From contig DFFF01000013.1 in assembly GCA_002369235.1 (NCBI GenBank), forward strand, positions 5,150 through 69,149: a stretch of 64,000 bases of DNA. Reading direction: 5' to 3'. The stretch comes from Verrucomicrobia bacterium UBA3783. Its GTDB lineage: Bacteria > Verrucomicrobiota > Kiritimatiellia > RFP12 > UBA1067. The number at the start of each line of letters is the position of its first letter. Position 1 is the first letter of the stretch. Below the pieces are notes generated by a model. The model was not told the DNA's origin, made no database searches, and was given only the letters and a program-made list of their open reading frames with translations. Shown here in pieces: positions 46,630-55,625 of the stretch. The position numbers and the translations under genes are program-made.

Positions 46630-46729
46630 GTTAAAAAAAAAAAAACACAGGGAACCTCCTACGCCATCCTCCTTCGCCAAGGCTACGGAGGACAAGTGGC
46701 TACGGAGGTCGAGACGGTGTTGAATGTGC
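46630..46729. repeat. family-B repeat element; right arm, inverted
   Basis: Reverse complement of 46698..46729 equals 39956..39987 (32/32). Also shares the 'ttggcgNaggagg' block and a poly-A/T tract (A13 at 46633). Confidence 0.6.
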
Positions 46730-46780
46730 CTCTGTGTGGTTGAAATTCTCCGGCGACGCAAGAAAGTTAGATTAGGCTAT

Positions 46781-46809
46781 TGACTTTGCCGCGTCTAATA
46801 TGATATAAT
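46781..46809 (+). promoter_or_regulatory. sigma70-type promoter: TTGACT -35, 17-bp spacer, TGATATAAT
   Basis: 'cTTGACTttgccgcgtctaataTGATATAATacgggg'. 37 nt upstream of the ATG at 46846. Confidence 0.6.
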
Positions 46810-46845
46810 ACGGGGCAATCGAATCCAAAACAAGGATAATCAACA

Positions 46846-47850
46846 ATGAAACTAAATACCATCATGGCTCTTGCGGCGGCGGCTTCCATTTCGGGCATGG
46901 CTTTCGCTCAGGAGCAGGAAACGGCCCCGGCAACGGCTGAAACCCAGCCTGCGGCGGTGGAAGAAGCCGCTCCGGTCGCGGCGGCGGAAACGTCTGCGGA
47001 GGAAGAGCAGCTCGACGAAGAGGAATGCTCCATCGTCTCGGCGGAGTTCGGCCTCGCGTTCGACTCCAAGTACCTCACTTACGGCGTGGTCGACGGCAAG
47101 GACCCGATCGTCACCCCCAGTGCGACGGTCACTTTCTTCGATACGCTCTACTTCGGCGTCGAGGCGATCTTCGACGTGACGAAGGGCAACGGCAAGCGCG
47201 GCGACTACGGCAGGCGCGCCGGCCAGTGGACGACGCTCGATGCGATCGTCGGCGTTACGCACGACTTCGATCTCGGCGACACGCTCGGTGCGCTCACCGT
47301 GGACGTGAATTACATCTACGAATACATCCGCCGCTACAAGATGCACAACGCCGCCCTCGAGGACAAGTCGATGGACGATACGCAGTATGTCAACCTCGAA
47401 CTCTCCCTGGGCGATCTCTGGTTCGAGCCGACGCTCGCCATCGAGCGCGACATCATGCTCGACAACGGCACCTATGTGAACCTCGAAGTCGGCCACACCT
47501 TCACCGTCATCGGCGAAGAGGATGATCCGGTCGTGACGCTCCGTCCTGCGGTCGGTCAGGGCTGGGGCAATTCGCTGCGCACTCACGGCTACTTCGCCGA
47601 CAGCATGCCCGGCGAGAGCTTCTCGCACGGCGGGCTCATGGATACGTCCTTCTCGCTCACGGCGGAATGGGCGATTTGCGAGTACCTCACCCTGTCGGGC
47701 TATGTCGCCTACTACGACTATCTCTTCGACAGCACGATGCGTGATGCGGCGCGCTACTACAACGGCGTCTGGAATCATCGCGGGCGTGAAAACAACAAGG
47801 GCGACAGCGCCCAGTTCGTCGGCGGCCTCGCGCTCACTGCCAGCTTCTGA
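46846..47850 (+). CDS. putative outer-membrane beta-barrel (porin-like) protein
   Basis: Signal peptide 'ALAAAASISGMAFA'. Acidic Ala/Glu-rich linker. Alternating amphipathic beta-strand pattern. C-terminal 'LALTASF' with terminal Phe. Confidence 0.5.
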   Translation: MKLNTIMALAAAASISGMAFAQEQETAPATAETQPAAVEEAAPVAAAETSAEEEQLDEEECSIVSAEFGLAFDSKYLTYGVVDGKDPIVTPSATVTFFDTLYFGVEAIFDVTKGNGKRGDYGRRAGQWTTLDAIVGVTHDFDLGDTLGALTVDVNYIYEYIRRYKMHNAALEDKSMDDTQYVNLELSLGDLWFEPTLAIERDIMLDNGTYVNLEVGHTFTVIGEEDDPVVTLRPAVGQGWGNSLRTHGYFADSMPGESFSHGGLMDTSFSLTAEWAICEYLTLSGYVAYYDYLFDSTMRDAARYYNGVWNHRGRENNKGDSAQFVGGLALTASF

Positions 47851-47892
47851 CGGATGGCGGCGCGATGAGGAAAAAGCGCCGTATCATAGGTT

Positions 47893-47921
47893 AAACGAGC
47901 AAGCGTCCGCATTTGCGGGCG
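47893..47921 (+). terminator. Rho-independent terminator
   Basis: 'agcgtccgc-attt-gcgggcgct' 9-bp stem followed by 'tgttttt'. Confidence 0.65.
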
Positions 47922-47957
47922 CTTGTTTTTGCACCATTGCATTCTTGCGCGAATTTT

Positions 47958-47966
47958 GGTATAATA
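47958..47966 (+). promoter_or_regulatory. extended -10 TGGTATAAT upstream of carB
   Basis: 'aaTTTTGGTATAATACaccaaac'. 33 nt before the ATG at 48000; weak Shine-Dalgarno 'ggaaagg'. Confidence 0.5.
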
Positions 47967-47999
47967 CACCAAACAACCGAAATTTGGAAAGGCGGCGAA

Positions 48000-50900
48000 A
48001 TGAAGCGCGCAGACGTAGACAAGGTATTGATTATCGGTTCGGGTCCGATTGTCATCGGACAGGCCTGTGAATTCGACTATTCGGGCACGCAGGCGTGCAA
48101 GGCTTTGAGGGCGTGCGGATACAAGGTGGTGCTGGTGAACTCCAATCCGGCGACGATCATGACGGATCCCGTGATGGCGGATGCCACATACATCGAACCC
48201 TTGAACGAGGCGCGGCTCGAACAGATCATCGAGAAGGAACGGCCAGATGCGATACTCCCAAACCTCGGCGGCCAGACCGGACTCAACCTTTCGATGGAAC
48301 TGGCGAAGAAGGGGATTCTCGACAAATACGGCGTCAAGGTGATCGGCGTCAATCTGGACGCGATCGAGCGCGGCGAAGACCGTGAAGTGTTCAAGGCGAC
48401 GATGGCGTCGCTGGGGATCGAGACGCCGCGCTCCGGGATCGTGCATTCGGTAGAAGAGGCGGTGAAGCTGGTCGAAGAGGAGATCGGCTATCCGGTGGTG
48501 GTGAGGCCTGCGTACACGATGGGCGGCGCCGGCGGCGGATTCTGCTACAATGTGGAAGAACTCCGCACGATTTGCGCGCGCGGGCTTGACGCCTCGCTTA
48601 CGCACCAGTGCCTCATCGAGGAGTCGATCCTGAATTGGGAAGAACTTGAAGTGGAAGTGGTGCGCGACGCCAAGAACCAGATGATCGCGATCTGCTTCAT
48701 CGAGAATATCGACGCGGTAGGCGTGCACACTGGCGACAGTTATTGCGCGGCGCCGTTTTTGACGATCTCCAAGGAACTCGAAGAGCGGCTGAAGCGCGAT
48801 GCGTTCAAGATCGTGGAGGCGATCGGCGTGATCGGCGGCTGCAACGTGCAGTGGGCGCACGATCCCAAGACGGGACGGGTCGTGATCATCGAGATCAACC
48901 CCCGCACCAGCCGCTCCTCGGCGCTGGCGTCGAAGGCGACGGGCTTCCCGATCGCGCTCGTCTCGGCGAAACTCGCCGCCGGAATGACGCTTGACGAAAT
49001 GCCTTATTGGCGCGACGGAACGCTGGAGAAGTATACGCCGTCGGGCGATTACGTGGTGTTGAAGTTCGCGCGCTGGGCGTTCGAGAAGTTCCGCGGCGTG
49101 GAGGACAGGCTCGGCACGCAGATGAAGGCCGTGGGCGAGGTGATGAGCATCGGCAAGACCTACAAGGAAACGCTGCAAAAGGCGATTCGCGCCTTGGAGC
49201 GCGGCCGTGCGGGGCTTGGAATGGTGAAAGAGTTCCGCGAAAAGAGCCTCGACGAACTCTTGAAGATGCTCGCCGTGCCCAACTCCGAGCGCCACTTCCA
49301 GATGTACGAAGCGCTCAGGAAGGGCGCCACGGACGAACAGATATTCGAGCGCACCGGAGTGAAGGGATACTTCGTGCAGCAGATGCGCGAACTCGTGGAA
49401 GAGGAAGAGGAGCTGCTCAGGCACAAGGGAGCCAAGTTGCCGGACGCGCTGCTGATCCAGGCGAAGAAGGACGGATTCAGCGACAAGTATCTTGCGCAGC
49501 TGCTGGGCGTGGAGGAGAAGTCGATCCGCGAGCGGCGCAAGGCGCTTGGATGCGTGGAGACGTGGCATGCGGTGCCGGTGAGCGGAGTCGAGGGCCAGGC
49601 GTACTACTACTCTTCGTACAACGGCAAGCCGGGCGAAGTGCCGGTTTCGTCGAATCCGAAGAAGGTGATGATCCTCGGCGGCGGTCCCAACCGCATCGGG
49701 CAGGGCATCGAGTTCGACTACTGCTGCTGCCATGCGGCGATGGCGATGCGCGAGATGGGCTACGAGACGATAATCGTCAACTGCAACCCCGAGACCGTTT
49801 CCACCGACTACGACACCTCCGACAAACTCTACTTCGAGCCGGTGACGGTGGAGGACGTGCTGCAGATCTACGAAGCGGAGAAGCCCGAAGGCATAATCGT
49901 GCAGTTCGGTGGCCAGACGCCGCTCAATATCGCGCGCGGACTCGAGGAGGCGGGATGCCGCATTCTGGGAACGAGCGTGGATTCCATCGATGACGCCGAA
50001 GACCGCGACCTGTTCCACTCGATCATGGACAAGCTCGGCATCCCGATGCCGGAGTCGATGATGGCGAGCGACCTTGAAGGCGCGATCGCCTGCGCGGACA
50101 AGCTCGGCTATCCGCTCATCATCCGTCCGTCGTTCGTCCTGGGCGGACGCGGCATGGAGGTGATCTACGACGAGCTCATGCTCAAGGAATATGTCGCCAA
50201 GGCTGTCGGCGTGACGCCCGACCGTCCGCTCTATCTCGACCGGTTCCTCTGCCACGCGATGGAGTGCGAGGCCGATGCGCTGTCGGACGGCAAGGATGTG
50301 TTCATTCCTGCGATCATGCAGCATATCGAGCTTGCGGGAATCCACTCCGGCGATTCGGCGTGCGTTCTGCCGCCCGAGGGCATTCCCGAGGATTCCAAGC
50401 GCACGATTATCGAATACACGCGCCGGATCGCGAACGAGCTCAAGGTCGTGGGGCTCATGAACATGCAGTTCGCGATCGAGAACGGCAAGGTGTATGTGAT
50501 CGAGGCCAATCCGCGCGCTTCGCGCACGGTGCCGCTCGTGTCCAAGGTGGGCGGCACGCAGATGGCGGGAATCGCCACGCGGCTCATGCTTGGCGAGACG
50601 ATAGTTTCGATGGGGCTTGACAAGCACAAGACGATCCCCTACTTCGGCGTCAAGGAAGCGGTGCTGCCGTTCGACAAGTTCCCGGAGGTGGATCCGGTGC
50701 TCGGGCCGGAAATGCGTTCCACGGGCGAAGTGCTGGGGCTCGCGGAGACGTTCGGGCTCGCATACTACAAGTCGCAGGAGGCGGCGGGCTCGCCGCTCCC
50801 GATAGAGACCGGCAAGATGCTTGTTTCGCTTTCCGAGAAGACGCCGGACGCGATCGAGGCCGTAGTGCGGCTCTCGCAGCTCGGGTTCGAGGTGGTCGGC

Positions 50901-51218
50901 ACCGAGGGGACGATCAAGTTCCTCGCCGGGCATGGCGTCAAGGGTGCGACGGTCGCGAAGATCGGCGAGGGGCGTCCGGACGTGCTCGACCTCATCAAGA
51001 ACCGCGAGGTGAAGCTCATCATCAATACGCCGTCGGGGCGGCGCGATTCGCGCGCCGACGACAGCCGCATCCGTCAGGCGGCGATCAAATACCGCGTGCC
51101 GTATTTGACGACGATCGCGGCGGCGAAGGCGGCGTCGGAAGGCATTGCGGCGGCGATGAGCGGCAAGGGGCAGGTGCGTCCGCTCCAGTCCTACCATGCT
51201 TCAATAACCATATCGTAA
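48000..51218 (+). CDS. carB: carbamoyl-phosphate synthase large subunit
   Basis: 1,072 aa. Duplicated ATP-grasp halves and MGS-like C-terminus. N-terminus 'MKRADVDKVLIIGSGPIVIGQACEFDYSG'. The 87 upstream nt of the ORF are non-coding. Confidence 0.9.
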   Translation: MKRADVDKVLIIGSGPIVIGQACEFDYSGTQACKALRACGYKVVLVNSNPATIMTDPVMADATYIEPLNEARLEQIIEKERPDAILPNLGGQTGLNLSMELAKKGILDKYGVKVIGVNLDAIERGEDREVFKATMASLGIETPRSGIVHSVEEAVKLVEEEIGYPVVVRPAYTMGGAGGGFCYNVEELRTICARGLDASLTHQCLIEESILNWEELEVEVVRDAKNQMIAICFIENIDAVGVHTGDSYCAAPFLTISKELEERLKRDAFKIVEAIGVIGGCNVQWAHDPKTGRVVIIEINPRTSRSSALASKATGFPIALVSAKLAAGMTLDEMPYWRDGTLEKYTPSGDYVVLKFARWAFEKFRGVEDRLGTQMKAVGEVMSIGKTYKETLQKAIRALERGRAGLGMVKEFREKSLDELLKMLAVPNSERHFQMYEALRKGATDEQIFERTGVKGYFVQQMRELVEEEEELLRHKGAKLPDALLIQAKKDGFSDKYLAQLLGVEEKSIRERRKALGCVETWHAVPVSGVEGQAYYYSSYNGKPGEVPVSSNPKKVMILGGGPNRIGQGIEFDYCCCHAAMAMREMGYETIIVNCNPETVSTDYDTSDKLYFEPVTVEDVLQIYEAEKPEGIIVQFGGQTPLNIARGLEEAGCRILGTSVDSIDDAEDRDLFHSIMDKLGIPMPESMMASDLEGAIACADKLGYPLIIRPSFVLGGRGMEVIYDELMLKEYVAKAVGVTPDRPLYLDRFLCHAMECEADALSDGKDVFIPAIMQHIELAGIHSGDSACVLPPEGIPEDSKRTIIEYTRRIANELKVVGLMNMQFAIENGKVYVIEANPRASRTVPLVSKVGGTQMAGIATRLMLGETIVSMGLDKHKTIPYFGVKEAVLPFDKFPEVDPVLGPEMRSTGEVLGLAETFGLAYYKSQEAAGSPLPIETGKMLVSLSEKTPDAIEAVVRLSQLGFEVVGTEGTIKFLAGHGVKGATVAKIGEGRPDVLDLIKNREVKLIINTPSGRRDSRADDSRIRQAAIKYRVPYLTTIAAAKAASEGIAAAMSGKGQVRPLQSYHASITIS

Positions 51219-51239
51219 AACCTAGGAAAGGGGAAACAA

Positions 51240-52301
51240 ATGAAAATTCTCGTAACCGGCGGCGCAGGCTTCATCGGAAGCCACACGGTGGTTGAACTCC
51301 TCAATGCCGGCCATCAGGTCGTGGTCGTGGACAACCTTTGCAATTCGTCGCGCGAATCGCTCAGGCGCGTCAAGGCAATCACGGGAAAGAGCGTCAAGTT
51401 CTACAAGCTTGACATTCGCGACGAAGCGGGGCTCAACGAGGTGCTCGACAAGGAAGGCAAGATCGACGCCACGATTCACTTTGCCGCCCTCAAGGCGGTG
51501 GGCGAATCGACGCGCATCCCGCTCAAGTACTACAACAACAACCTCGGCGGCACGTTTACGCTCCTCAAATGCCTTGCCGACCATGGCTGCAAGAACATCG
51601 TCTTTTCGAGCTCCGCCACGGTCTACGGCCAGCCTGAAAAGGTCCCGATCCGCGAGGACTTCCCCACGCCCGGCTGCACCAACGCCTACGGTTGGACAAA
51701 GCTCATGATGGAGCAGGTCTTCAAGGATGTGCAGAAGGCCGATCCCGAATGGAATGTCATTCTCCTCAGATACTTCAACCCGATCGGTGCGCACAAGAGC
51801 GGACTTATCGGCGAAGATCCCGCCGGCATTCCCAACAACCTGCTGCCGTATGTGGCGCAAGTCGCAGTCGGCCGGCTGCCGGAACTCAACGTCTTCGGCA
51901 ACGACTATCCCACCAAGGACGGCACGGGCGTGCGCGACTACATCCATGTCGTGGATCTCGCGCTCGGCCACCTCAAGGCGATTGAAAAGCTCGAGAAGGA
52001 GCCGAAGCTCGGACTCAAGATCTACAACCTCGGCACCGGCAAAGGGTATTCGGTCCTTGAGATCGTGAAGGCGTTCGAGAAGGCATCGAAGCGCAAGGTG
52101 CCCTACAAGATCCAGCCGCGCCGCCCCGGCGATATTGCGGTGTGCTACGCCGATCCCGCGCTCGCGGCGAAGGAACTGGGCTGGAAGGCGGTGCGCGGCA
52201 TCGAGGAAATGTGCAGCGACGCCTGGAGATGGCAGTCGAAAAACCCCTACGGATTCGGCAAGGCTCCCAAAGCCAAGAAGGCGGCGAAAAAAGCGAAGTG
52301 A
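51240..52301 (+). CDS. galE: UDP-glucose 4-epimerase GalE (SDR), Lys/Ala-rich C-terminal tail
   Basis: '[15 protein letters not shown]', 'YGWTK' (YxxxK), 'SSSATVYG'. Tail '[13 protein letters not shown]'. Confidence 0.8.
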   Translation: MKILVTGGAGFIGSHTVVELLNAGHQVVVVDNLCNSSRESLRRVKAITGKSVKFYKLDIRDEAGLNEVLDKEGKIDATIHFAALKAVGESTRIPLKYYNNNLGGTFTLLKCLADHGCKNIVFSSSATVYGQPEKVPIREDFPTPGCTNAYGWTKLMMEQVFKDVQKADPEWNVILLRYFNPIGAHKSGLIGEDPAGIPNNLLPYVAQVAVGRLPELNVFGNDYPTKDGTGVRDYIHVVDLALGHLKAIEKLEKEPKLGLKIYNLGTGKGYSVLEIVKAFEKASKRKVPYKIQPRRPGDIAVCYADPALAAKELGWKAVRGIEEMCSDAWRWQSKNPYGFGKAPKAKKAAKKAK

Positions 52302-52837
52302 CCGCGAAGGATCATATCCTTTGTGCGGTGGAGGCCGAGCTCAAGCTGTTGCGCGAGCTCGGCGTTCGTGTTGTAGAAGGAACATGGAACCGGGAATCCG
52401 GAGCTGGCAATGCTGTCAAGGCCGCCAAGGCCGCCGATGTGAAACCATCGCCGGCGGCCAGCCCCGCGTTCCGGAATCCGGTTGCCGAATCCCCAGCGCC
52501 GGAGCAGGTGGTATTTCTCCATCACGCTCCATTGTCGGCGGAGGCGGCGGAGATTGTGGAGAAGGCGTCGGCTGCGCTGGAATGGAACTGCAAGGTCGTC
52601 ACCGGCGGTGCATTGCCGCCGGCGAAACTCTACATTGCGCTAGGGTCGGAGGCGGTGAAGAGGTTTTTCCCTGGCGAGCGCGCCGCGCCCTATACCTATC
52701 TGAAATCGCGCACCGATGTGTTCGTGACGAAATCGCCGGAGTTGATCGTCAAGAATCGCGACCCCGGCTTTGTCAAGAAACTCAAGGTTGAATTGTGGAC
52801 GGGACTCAAAGGAGTGAAACAGCGCCATGAAACATGA
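52298..52837 (+). CDS. hypothetical protein (~180 aa), no internal Met; GTG start inferred
   Basis: Open frame between galE and pyrK with coding-like composition. The 180 codons contain no ATG. A GTG overlaps the galE stop. Confidence 0.35.
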   Translation: MTAKDHILCAVEAELKLLRELGVRVVEGTWNRESGAGNAVKAAKAADVKPSPAASPAFRNPVAESPAPEQVVFLHHAPLSAEAAEIVEKASAALEWNCKVVTGGALPPAKLYIALGSEAVKRFFPGERAAPYTYLKSRTDVFVTKSPELIVKNRDPGFVKKLKVELWTGLKGVKQRHET

Positions 52838-53591
52838 CGAAAAGGCCGAGGTTCTGGAGAACCGGGAATTTGCCGCCGGATACAGGTATCTGGTGGTTTC
52901 CGCGCCCAGACAGGCGGCGGAAATGCAGCCGGGGCAGTTTGTGCATGTCCGCGTGCCGACGCTGGAGAGGTCGGCGTTGAGGCGCCCGTTTTCCGTCTTC
53001 AACGCCGGGGACGGCAAGGTCACGGTGCTTTACAAGACGGTCGGGCGCGGCACCGAGGCGCTCTCGAAGGTGAAGGCAGGCGAATTCGTGAATATGGAAG
53101 GGCCTTTGGGCAAGGGATTTCCGCTTTCCTGCAAGGGTACGGCGTTTTTGGTCGGCGGCGGATTCGGCGTTGCGCCGCTCTATTTCCTCGCCCGCCGCTT
53201 GCCGAAGTCGATTCTTTTTGTGGGCGGGCGCACCAAGGATGATCTGCTGGCGCTCGACAGATTCGCGGAGATCGGAGTGGAGGCGCGGATTGCCACGAAC
53301 GACGGCAGCGCCGGCGAGAAGGGGTTCGTCACCGGTCCTCTGGATGCCGCGATCAACGAGTTCCGCGCGAAGGGCGAGGAGTTTGAACTTTTCACTTGCG
53401 GACCGGACGGACTGCTCAGGGCGGTCACCGAGCGTGCGCTCGAGCTCAAGGTCCCCGGCTGGATCAGCGTGGACCGTCACATGATCTGCGGCATGGGGGC
53501 GTGCTTTGCGTGCATCCAGAAGACGGTGCGCGGCAATTCGCGCTGCTGCATCGAAGGCCCGGTTTTCAAGGCGGAGGAACTCGTATGGTGA
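52827..53591 (+). CDS. pyrK: dihydroorotate dehydrogenase electron-transfer subunit PyrK
   Basis: FAD/NAD-binding fold and a 2Fe-2S Cys cluster 'CGMGACFAC...RCC'. Confidence 0.8.
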   Translation: MKHDEKAEVLENREFAAGYRYLVVSAPRQAAEMQPGQFVHVRVPTLERSALRRPFSVFNAGDGKVTVLYKTVGRGTEALSKVKAGEFVNMEGPLGKGFPLSCKGTAFLVGGGFGVAPLYFLARRLPKSILFVGGRTKDDLLALDRFAEIGVEARIATNDGSAGEKGFVTGPLDAAINEFRAKGEEFELFTCGPDGLLRAVTERALELKVPGWISVDRHMICGMGACFACIQKTVRGNSRCCIEGPVFKAEELVW

Positions 53592-54514
53592 ACATGGAAG
53601 TGGAGCTTGGCGCGCTCAAGATGCGCACCCCGGTCGCCACGGCGTCGGGCACGTTTGGGTATGGCTACGAATATGCGGATTTGATCGACTACTCAAAGCT
53701 CGGCGCGGTGACGGCGAAGGGCGTGAGGATGGAGGCGTGGCCCGGCAACCCGATGCCGCGCCACTGCGAGGTGGAAGGCGGGCTCGTGAACGCGATCGGT
53801 CTGCAGGGGCAAGGCGTCAAGCATTTTCTCGAGCGCGACATGTTTCTATATTCGCGCGTCGTCAAGGATCCCGTCCCGGTGATCGTGAACATCTGGGGAC
53901 AGAGCGAAGAAGAATATGCCGAGGTCGCAGCGGCGGTTTCGGCGGCGGCGCATCCCTTGATCGGCGCCTTGGAGATGAATGTCAGCTGCCCCAACGTCAA
54001 GGCCGGCGGACATACTTTCGGCCAGGATCCCAAGGTGCTGGAGTCGGTCGTAGCGAAAGTCCGCGCCGCCACGAAGCTTCCGCTCATCGTCAAGCTTGCG
54101 CCCAATGTGCCGTCGATCGTCCCCTACATCCGCGCCTGCGAAAACGGCGGCGCCGACGCCTTGAGCCTCATCAACACCATCCCGGCGATGGTGATCGACA
54201 TCGAGCGCCGCGTTCCGGTGCTCGCCAATCGCTCCGGCGGACTCAGCGGACGCGCGATCCATCCCGCCGCCGTGAAACTCGTCTACGACGCGCACCGGGC
54301 GACGAAGCTCCCGATTCTCGCGATGGGCGGCGTCTACGAGGCCAAGGATGCGATTGAATTCATGCTTGCGGGAGCGACGGCGGTAGCGATAGGCACCGCC
54401 ACTTTCTCCGCGCCGGATACCGCCGCCAAAGTCTGCGACGGAATCGCCGCGTATTGCGAGAGGCACGGCTTTGCCGCCGCGAAAGAACTTACGGGGGCGA
54501 TATGCGAATCTTGA
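53585..54514 (+). CDS. pyrD: dihydroorotate dehydrogenase catalytic subunit (class 1B) PyrD
   Basis: 'ASGTFGYG', 'NVSCPN', 'GGLSG', 'GATAVAIGTA'. ATG 53585 overlaps the pyrK stop. Confidence 0.85.
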   Translation: MVNMEVELGALKMRTPVATASGTFGYGYEYADLIDYSKLGAVTAKGVRMEAWPGNPMPRHCEVEGGLVNAIGLQGQGVKHFLERDMFLYSRVVKDPVPVIVNIWGQSEEEYAEVAAAVSAAAHPLIGALEMNVSCPNVKAGGHTFGQDPKVLESVVAKVRAATKLPLIVKLAPNVPSIVPYIRACENGGADALSLINTIPAMVIDIERRVPVLANRSGGLSGRAIHPAAVKLVYDAHRATKLPILAMGGVYEAKDAIEFMLAGATAVAIGTATFSAPDTAAKVCDGIAAYCERHGFAAAKELTGAICES

Positions 54515-55602
54515 GCCGGTACATATTGCGCGAGTATCTAGTTCCGCTTTGCTACTGCCTCGCGGGATTTCTTTCAATTTATGTGCTTTTCGAACTCTTC
54601 GGGTCGTTCTCGCGCATCATGAACGCGAATCCGGACTTCCCTGTCATTGTCAGGTATTTTCTCGCCTACCTCGGCCCGTCGTTCCACTATATGGCGCCTG
54701 CGGTGCTGATGCTCGCCGCGCTTTACACTATGTGGTCGTTCTGCCGCCATTCCGAACTCGTGGCCATGCGCGCCAACGGCATAAGTTTCCTAGCGATCGC
54801 CAGCCCAATGCTCGCCACGGCACTCGCGATGACGGCGTTCGTGTATTGGGTCAACGAGAGCTATGTGCCCGATACCGCCCACTGGGCGGTGCGGTTCAAG
54901 AACGCCCGCTTCAGTCTCGAGAAGATGGACACCGCCGATGACATCATCTTCCGCAACGCCAAGGATTCGCGCACTTGGATGGTCGATAGATTCGGCGATG
55001 AAGAAGGCTATGTTCTCGAGGGCGTGAAGATTGCTCTCGACCGTCCGTTCGGCGGCGCACGCGAACGCACGATCACCGCCGACAAGGCCGAGTATCTCGA
55101 CGGCGTGTGGTGGCTCACGAATCCCAAGGTTCAGCACTATGACGCCGCCGGATCGGAGATTGCGACCCCCGTGCCCGAGCTCGACGCGCTCCCTTACCGC
55201 AGTTTCCCGGAACTCACCGAGCGTCCGATGGATTTTATTCTCCAGAACCGGCCGTGGGAATACAATTCGATCGCCGACCGCATCCACTTCCTCAAAACCC
55301 GCCGCGACATCTCCGATGAGCAGCGGCAGAAATACATCTACGACACCGCTTCGCGGATTCTCGCGCCCTGGGCGTGCGTGCTTATCGTTCTGATCGCCAT
55401 TCCCGCGGGAGTTGCCTCGGGCAGGCAAAGCGTGTTCAAGGGCATCCTCGGGGCGCTCGGTTTGTTCTTCTCGTTCTACGCGCTCGTGATCTTGGGCATG
55501 ATTCTCGCCAACCTCGGGTGGCTTTGGCCGATTCCCGCAGCGGTGATTCCGTACGCGATTTTCCTTGCCATTGGCATTGTGGCGTTTCGGCGTCAGCGCT
55601 GA
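54502..55602 (+). CDS. LptF/LptG-family LPS export permease
   Basis: 'MRILSRYILREYL' N-terminus, 3 TM + periplasmic beta-jellyroll + 3 TM architecture (YjgP/YjgQ family). Confidence 0.7.
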   Translation: MRILSRYILREYLVPLCYCLAGFLSIYVLFELFGSFSRIMNANPDFPVIVRYFLAYLGPSFHYMAPAVLMLAALYTMWSFCRHSELVAMRANGISFLAIASPMLATALAMTAFVYWVNESYVPDTAHWAVRFKNARFSLEKMDTADDIIFRNAKDSRTWMVDRFGDEEGYVLEGVKIALDRPFGGARERTITADKAEYLDGVWWLTNPKVQHYDAAGSEIATPVPELDALPYRSFPELTERPMDFILQNRPWEYNSIADRIHFLKTRRDISDEQRQKYIYDTASRILAPWACVLIVLIAIPAGVASGRQSVFKGILGALGLFFSFYALVILGMILANLGWLWPIPAAVIPYAIFLAIGIVAFRRQR

Positions 55603-55625
55603 ACGATTTTCCGGAGGGAGGCTTT

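Noticed and set aside
39956-46729. Active composite transposon carrying the giant gene
   Set aside because: No transposase or integrase gene lies between the inverted arms, and no target-site duplication is visible at the arm boundaries. It is retained only as a 'bracketed cassette' observation.
52142-52297. ATG-initiated N-terminal extension of the hypothetical gene overlapping the 3' end of galE
   Set aside because: It would require 160 nt of out-of-frame overlap with a conserved galE C-terminus. A GTG at the galE stop gives a conventional coupled arrangement.
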